Shown here piece by piece: positions 28,113-34,202 of a stretch of 34,202 bases of DNA (positions within the stretch are counted from its first letter, which is position 1; each line of letters starts with the position of its first letter). The DNA is taken from IMG/VR virus record IMGVR_UViG_2531839481_000004, positions 1 through 34,202 of that record. The stretch is one strand, 5' to 3'. The translations under genes were made by a program, and so were the position numbers. This stretch comes from a virus (taxonomy: Duplodnaviria; Heunggongvirae; Uroviricota; Caudoviricetes). The notes under the pieces were generated by a model. The model ran no database searches. It was not told the DNA's origin and saw nothing but the letters and a program-made list of their open reading frames with translations.

Positions 28113-28345
28113 TAGTGGATCTCCTGCGCTTCGTTCTGGGTTGCTTCAGCAGTCACACGCAGCAGTTCTGCCGCTTCCACATGGTTTAGCTGACGGGATG
28201 AGATATGACACGCCAGGCTATCAAGGCGAGCTGCCATTGCTTCAGCCCTTGCCCGGCGTTCTTCCAGACGAGCCTCTGTCAGTAAAATATTAAGCCCTGC
28301 ATCATCCGGTCCGGTTTTAGTCGTAAGGATTTCAATATTACGCAT
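28112..28345 (-). CDS. hypothetical early protein
   Basis: ORF with ATG and AGGAGA SD; synteny in the early operon. Confidence 0.45.
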   Translation of the reverse strand: MRNIEILTTKTGPDDAGLNILLTEARLEERRARAEAMAARLDSLACHISSRQLNHVEAAELLRVTAEATQNEAQEIH

Positions 28346-28412
28346 AATCAATTCTCCTGAATTTAGATAAAGGGATGCCCGGCGGGTTTACGCCATTAAT
28401 TTCATTAGTTGG

Positions 28413-28754
28413 TTAATTCGGCATGGTTAGCCGTTTGGGAAATAAGCTCACCACTGCACGAAAATGATTCATTGCTTTAATCAACTCCCGCTTTTCGTCA
28501 GTGGTCAGCTCATTAATGCTGATGCTATGACGTTCAGCTGGAATTTTTGCCATAAAGAATATGGCAGCCAGTGCTCGTTTATTTTGTTCGTTATTGATAT
28601 CCCGTGGATCACGCATATCTTTAATAAACCGCTCAAGCTCTGACTCAATATTCAGGCCAAATACTTTCGCCCTTAACTCCGCAATGTGATTAAGTCCATT
28701 CAGGCGTTCACCGGGGCTTAATGGAACAGTCGCCGCAGCGCCATTAATTGCCAT
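28413..28754 (-). CDS. hypothetical early protein
   Basis: 113-aa ORF with ATG start. Confidence 0.45.
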   Translation of the reverse strand: MAINGAAATVPLSPGERLNGLNHIAELRAKVFGLNIESELERFIKDMRDPRDINNEQNKRALAAIFFMAKIPAERHSISINELTTDEKRELIKAMNHFRAVVSLFPKRLTMPN

Positions 28755-28776
28755 AATTCATATCCCCAAAACGCAA

Positions 28777-29001
28777 CTATCGTTCTTTGTTCTTACGGTA
28801 ACGTTCAAGAGGAGATACATTTTTTCGTATCGCCTCTTTAACCTGCTCTCCCCGTAAAAACGTCCCATCCCTTAGCGTGAAAAAGTAACTGCCATCGCCC
28901 GACAACGACGGATAACAACAGAGCAAATCATCTTCAGGTACTGAATAACTCTCCCCTCTGTAACGAAACTGATAAACCACTTCACTTTCCGCTGCATACA
29001 T
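28777..29001 (-). CDS. hypothetical early protein
   Basis: 74-aa ORF, ATG with GGAGA SD. Confidence 0.45.
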   Translation of the reverse strand: MYAAESEVVYQFRYRGESYSVPEDDLLCCYPSLSGDGSYFFTLRDGTFLRGEQVKEAIRKNVSPLERYRKNKER

Positions 29002-29175
29002 TTTGACTTTCTCCGTTTCCTCGTGGTCAATTCAGACAGCAATTCATCTTGTGAATGACATGGATGCCAGCGTTTACCATCCTCACCCATGATCCAGCCG
29101 TGACCGTAGTGCATTGCCGGGCTTTGTTTTACCAGCAGCGATGCAAATGATGGTTCTTTCGTCAGCATAAGCACC

Positions 29176-29685
29176 TCACAGCAAACCGAATGAAGCACCG
29201 AGGCCAGTCACGGTATCAACTGCACTCACCATCGCAGGATTAGCCTGTAAACGGGCCTGCAATGAAACAGCCGCCAGCGCCATCAGTCGTGTTACAGAGT
29301 TAATGCTGCTGATAGCATCACGACGACCGGCACTAGTTTTTACATCACCAGATACCGCACCTGCTGCAACACGCCCGATCTCTGCAGTTGCGCTCATGAC
29401 GTAATGCGGCAGTTTCTCTTTTGCCACCTCATTAATCGGTACACATGGCAGACAATGAATCTGTGCCAGAAAACCATCTACCAGCGTTGAATCTTCAGTC
29501 AGATCGGTAAGCAGCCAGATTTCTGGTGCGGTTAATAAATGAGGCTGAGCTGGGTTCAGCTTGTTCCGCAGAATCTGCACATTCATGCCTGCACGTTCTG
29601 CCAGTTGCACCAGGTTGTGACGCAGTGCAAAAGCCCTACAGGCTTCATCGAAATGCGGATGTTTGGAAATCTTGTAATCAAACAT
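29176..29685 (-). CDS. cII: 186-type CII lysogeny-establishment activator
   Basis: 169 aa, [19 protein letters not shown]...[21 protein letters not shown] closely resembles phage 186 CII. Confidence 0.8.
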   Translation of the reverse strand: MFDYKISKHPHFDEACRAFALRHNLVQLAERAGMNVQILRNKLNPAQPHLLTAPEIWLLTDLTEDSTLVDGFLAQIHCLPCVPINEVAKEKLPHYVMSATAEIGRVAAGAVSGDVKTSAGRRDAISSINSVTRLMALAAVSLQARLQANPAMVSAVDTVTGLGASFGLL

Positions 29686-29717
29686 GGTGCCCCCTTAGAA
29701 AGTTCCCATAATTGAAC

Positions 29718-29960
29718 TTACTTACCAACAATGACGCGGAAGTTGGAATGACCGAGGGATTCACGGACCTGATCAGTTTTGTACATCAGATAACGAAGGC
29801 TTACGCGGCCTTTATTTTTTTCTTTCTTGACCATGTACTTAGCAAGTTGACCATGGTGAATTTTTTGGTAAACAGAGCCACGGGAAATGCCCTCCCACTC
29901 TGCGAACTCTGCAGGCGTAGCCATCTCTTTTGGTACACGAATTGAAATATCAGTACTCAT
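29718..29960 (-). CDS. apl: Apl/Cox-like excisionase and transcriptional regulator
   Basis: 80-aa HTH protein, first gene of the lytic operon, divergent from cI. Confidence 0.7.
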   Translation of the reverse strand: MSTDISIRVPKEMATPAEFAEWEGISRGSVYQKIHHGQLAKYMVKKEKNKGRVSLRYLMYKTDQVRESLGHSNFRVIVGK

Positions 29961-30081
29961 AGTGCAGTATCTCTTACTTTGTGTGCGTGTTAGTTCGTTT
30001 TAGCTCGTCTCTTTAACTCTCACATCAAGAGACACGAAGACATTACGATCTTGATTCAAGATTGTCAAATGGAGATTACCA
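29961..30081. promoter_or_regulatory. lysis-lysogeny switch region (face-to-face lytic/lysogenic promoters and operators)
   Basis: intergenic between divergent apl and cI; palindromes gtctctt-N13-aagagac (30007-30033) and atcttgaTtcaagat (30048-30062). Confidence 0.55.
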
Positions 30082-30714
30082 ATGTTAAACATCAGAATGG
30101 GTTCCGATACGGGAGGTAAGGCAGCTATTGAGAGGCTGCTTGAGGCTTATGGATTCACAACTAAGCAGGCATTAAGCGAGCACCTGAATGTCTCAAAAAG
30201 TACTATGGCAAACAGAGTGTTACGTGACAGTTTTCCTGCTGACTGGATAATTCAGTGTGCACTAGAAACCGGTGTTTCGTTACTTTGGTTAGCCACTGGA
30301 CAGGGAAGCATGAAAGAAGGATACGAGCCTGAGAAAAGATCTCATAACGAGAACAAACAAGCAATTAAACCGTTATCCAAACTCATAACTCCATCTATTC
30401 CTAAAGGAACCTTGGAAAATGGACAACTCAGTATTGATGAAGAGATTTTCCTAGACCACAGCATATTACCTGCAGATTATGAAGAATCGATGTTCTTAGA
30501 AACCCCTACTGATTGTTATCTCATCGATAAATCAGTTAAACAAGTCAGCAATGGATTCTGGCTTATCAATATTGATGGAATGATTATTATTGCAAAAATC
30601 ATGCGGATTCCCGGCAATAAGATTGTAGTAAATCAAGATGAAGCGTCTTTCGAGTGCTCTGCTGATGATGTGGAAGTTATTGGGCGTGCAGTCAAAGTAA
30701 TAAAGAGTATCTAA
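30082..30714 (+). CDS. cI: 186-type CI immunity repressor
   Basis: 210 aa, N-terminal HTH, followed directly by int; GGAGA SD. Confidence 0.8.
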   Translation: MLNIRMGSDTGGKAAIERLLEAYGFTTKQALSEHLNVSKSTMANRVLRDSFPADWIIQCALETGVSLLWLATGQGSMKEGYEPEKRSHNENKQAIKPLSKLITPSIPKGTLENGQLSIDEEIFLDHSILPADYEESMFLETPTDCYLIDKSVKQVSNGFWLINIDGMIIIAKIMRIPGNKIVVNQDEASFECSADDVEVIGRAVKVIKSI

Positions 30715-30716
30715 AC

Positions 30717-31733
30717 ATGACTGTCAGAAAACAGCCAAACGGTAAATGGTTGTGCGAGTGCTATCCCAATGGACGCAATGGCAAGCGCGTGCGTAAGCAA
30801 TTTGCTACGAAAGGCGAAGCCATTGCTTTTGAAAGCTTCACAATGGAAGAAGTGAACAAAAAACCATGGCTGGGGGAAAAGGAAGATCGGCGACACCTAT
30901 CAGAATTAATTGAGCAGTGGTATTCCCTGTATGGTCAAACACTCGCAGACCCCAAGCGCCTCATAGCGAAACTTAGAATTATCTGTAATGGTCTAGGCGA
31001 TCCCATCGCTTCAGAACTGACAGCCGGTGACTTTACGAAATACCGCGAAGCACGGTTAAAAGGTGAAGTACGAAATGAAGATGGCACGTTTATGTCGCCC
31101 GTTAAGCCCCGCACGGTAAACCTTGAACAGCGCAATCTATCATCTGTTTTTGGTACACTGAAAAAGCTGGGCCACTGGTCAGCCCCCAACCCGCTTGCTG
31201 GGCTGCCAACATTTAAAATTGCTGAGAGTGAATTGGCGTTCCTGACCCCGGAAGAAATTAAACGTCTGCTGGATGCCTGCGCCGATTCTCAAAGCTCCAG
31301 CCTGCTTTTGATTGCAAAAATATGCCTGGCCACCGGCGCACGCTGGAGCGAAGCCGAAAACCTGCAGAGTCATCAGGTATCAAAATACCGTATCACTTAT
31401 ACCAAGACCAAAGGCAAGAAAAACCGAACTGTGCCTATTTCTAAGGATTTATATGAAGAACTGCCTAAGAATAGGGGGAAGTTATTCACCCCATGCAGAA
31501 AAGCCTTTGAGCGTGCAGTAAAGCGGGCTGGTATCGATCTGCCAGAGGGTCAATGTACTCACGTTCTGCGTCATACATTCGCTAGCCATTTTATGATGAA
31601 TGGTGGAAACATATTGGTTTTGCGGGATATCCTAGGACATTCAGATATAAAAATGACCATGGTCTATGCACACTTCGCCCCAGACCATTTAGAAGATGCC
31701 GTAACTAAAAATCCTTTATTTAATTTGAGGTAA
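30717..31733 (+). CDS. int: tyrosine integrase
   Basis: 338 aa, C-terminal HVLRHTFASHF...LGHSDIKMTMVYAH catalytic region (R..HxxR..Y). Confidence 0.9.
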   Translation: MTVRKQPNGKWLCECYPNGRNGKRVRKQFATKGEAIAFESFTMEEVNKKPWLGEKEDRRHLSELIEQWYSLYGQTLADPKRLIAKLRIICNGLGDPIASELTAGDFTKYREARLKGEVRNEDGTFMSPVKPRTVNLEQRNLSSVFGTLKKLGHWSAPNPLAGLPTFKIAESELAFLTPEEIKRLLDACADSQSSSLLLIAKICLATGARWSEAENLQSHQVSKYRITYTKTKGKKNRTVPISKDLYEELPKNRGKLFTPCRKAFERAVKRAGIDLPEGQCTHVLRHTFASHFMMNGGNILVLRDILGHSDIKMTMVYAHFAPDHLEDAVTKNPLFNLR

Positions 31734-31743
31734 GTAGTAATTT

Positions 31744-32412
31744 ATGAATAGCGAACTAGAGTTACTTATAAAAATATTATTCTCTTCCCTATCTGCCATT
31801 ATATCCTTATTAGGGCTTAAAACAGGGTGGACTTATAAAAAAGACAAACTATTCACATCACGTAAAAACATTAGCGAATTTTCATATCAGATGTATAAAA
31901 GCAGTGAAGATCCGACCTTCAAAAAACTGGCGGAAGATTACGGCATTGCTGCATTAACCAAAGATAACACATTGACAAAAAAACAAAGATTAATATTACT
32001 CAACACAACAAACCCCGTTAGCGATATAGATGATTATTCCAAATGTCAAAGTCTAATTTCCATTACCACCCATAAAGAAATATTCGCATGGAATAAAAAA
32101 AGATATAAATACAGCATATATAGAAAATTAATAAAAATTATAACAACTCTAATTTACTTCATGGGCAGTCTCATCGTAGCACTTCCTTTCAGTTATTCTG
32201 TTGTAGTAAGTGCTAAGATGATGGAGAAGATAAACCATCTAACTACTTGGCAATACTTTGGTTTAAGCAGCTATTTTGTGGTATCGGGAGTAGCAATATG
32301 CTTTATCTGCCTAGATAAGCTCTCCAAGATTAAGATCGCCGAGAGATTAATCGTTTCAAATAGGCGTTTAGGCGACAAATGCAGTGGCGTCACTTTGGCG
32401 GCAGAAAGTTAA
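31744..32412 (+). CDS. AT-rich membrane protein (222 aa), lysogeny-expressed cargo gene
   Basis: ATG 10 bp after int stop with GAGG SD; three hydrophobic helices; lies between int and attR. Confidence 0.6.
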   Translation: MNSELELLIKILFSSLSAIISLLGLKTGWTYKKDKLFTSRKNISEFSYQMYKSSEDPTFKKLAEDYGIAALTKDNTLTKKQRLILLNTTNPVSDIDDYSKCQSLISITTHKEIFAWNKKRYKYSIYRKLIKIITTLIYFMGSLIVALPFSYSVVVSAKMMEKINHLTTWQYFGLSSYFVVSGVAICFICLDKLSKIKIAERLIVSNRRLGDKCSGVTLAAES

Positions 32413-32497
32413 AAACCCATAAAACGGACAGACACCGCATAAATCTAACCAACTGAAAATCAAAGCAAATCATTGTTTTTACAGACATTGAAATGCT

Positions 32498-32542
32498 ATG
32501 TAGGAATTTCGGACGCGGGTTCAACTCCCGCCAGCTCCACCA
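32498..32542 (+). other. ssrA: attR core: duplicated 3' end of tmRNA (ssrA)
   Basis: ATGTAGGAATTTCGGACGCGGGTTCAACTCCCGCCAGCTCCACCA matches the 3' terminus of E. coli ssrA; upstream sequence does not match ssrA. Confidence 0.8.
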
Positions 32543-32671
32543 ATCATGATTGGACGGTGTAAGGACTACACCAACAAAAACAGGAAGTTATAAGTCTCAG
32601 CAGGACACCGACCAGACGGTGAGGAGACAAAAAAGGATACGCAACGGAGTCGCGACTCCCTATGACATTAA

Positions 32672-32696
32672 AGCCCGCTGATGCGGGCTTTTTTAT
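32672..32696 (+). terminator. rho-independent terminator
   Basis: gcccgc-tgat-gcgggc hairpin followed by a T-tract. Confidence 0.5.
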
Positions 32697-33125
32697 TGGT
32701 CCTGACCCGCCCTGAATAGAATTCATCCAATTACAGTCCAGACATATACAGTATCCCTCAGCTCAGTATCAGCTTCTCGACAAATGGTCACTGTTATTTA
32801 CCCGTTGCCAGAAAGAGAATAATTTGCCCCCATAGCCAGCCTTCCCGGAATCTGTATATTCATTAATATTGTTATCGATTCCATCAAGTAACATAGGTTG
32901 GATGCGATTGATCTTACTCACATTAGTCGACACGGAACTCAGTAAGTTGAACTCTGAAAAAGCAGTTTAAATAGCATTTAAACAAATGCCACCAGTTCGA
33001 AAAAGAGTATAAGCACACTTAATATATTGTTTTAATTATTCATTTCCTTTCAACCCAATTCTTATCCCTCACATTATTTGTTATTAATTTGTTGTTTTTG
33101 ATCACAATAAGAAAACAATATGTAA

Positions 33126-34202
<1,077 letters not shown>

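Larger units (their letters stand above)
1..32542. mobile_element. P2/186-like prophage, right junction (attR) at the ssrA 3' end; left junction lies just outside the window
   Basis: P2-collinear late gene order, 186-like CII/Apl/CI/Int, ssrA 3'-end core at 32498-32542, host csiD downstream. Confidence 0.85.

Noticed and set aside
28872-29198. 108-aa ORF overlapping both the cII 3' end and the 74-aa gene in another frame
   Set aside because: Its start overlaps cII on the same strand and the 74-aa ORF has a clean ATG with SD; it could instead mark a frameshift joining two reading frames, but that cannot be resolved without alignment.

Overview
Almost the whole window (1 to ~32542) is one integrated P2/186-family (Peduovirus-like) prophage; the last ~1.7 kb is host DNA. 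Reading on the minus strand the late genes are collinear with P2: ogr/B, tape measure T, E and E+E' (with the TTTTTTG -1 frameshift site), tail tube FII, sheath FI, an invertible tail-fibre host-range module (serine invertase plus two ~24-26 bp inverted crossover sites), H, I, J, W, V, S, R, the spanin pair lysC/lysB, lysA, a SAR-type endolysin, holin, X, L, M, N and O. P (large terminase) and Q (portal) are divergent on the plus strand. Right of Q lie two conspicuously AT-rich cargo genes flanking a cos-like motif: a 554-aa KAP-type P-loop NTPase between Q and cos, and a 525-aa protein with a C-terminal HEPN-like Rx4H motif in the position that tin/old occupy in P2. These two genes are my best candidates for an accessory, possibly undescribed, anti-phage module. 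Further right are a LexA-box-controlled small-protein/DinI-like pair, replication gene A, a Dam-type methylase, small early genes, 186-type CII, Apl, CI and a tyrosine integrase. A third AT-rich cargo gene (222-aa membrane protein) sits between int and attR. attR is a ~45-bp copy of the 3' end of tmRNA (ssrA), followed by host DNA with an intact csiD/glaH. The tail genes U and D appear to be missing between T and ogr, so the prophage may be defective. All protein calls rest on my recognition of motifs and of remembered P2/186 proteins, with no database search run; short-motif coordinates are hand-counted and may be off by 1-2 bp. The supplied ORF track allows GTG/TTG starts, so several starts were moved to an internal ATG with a Shine-Dalgarno sequence.
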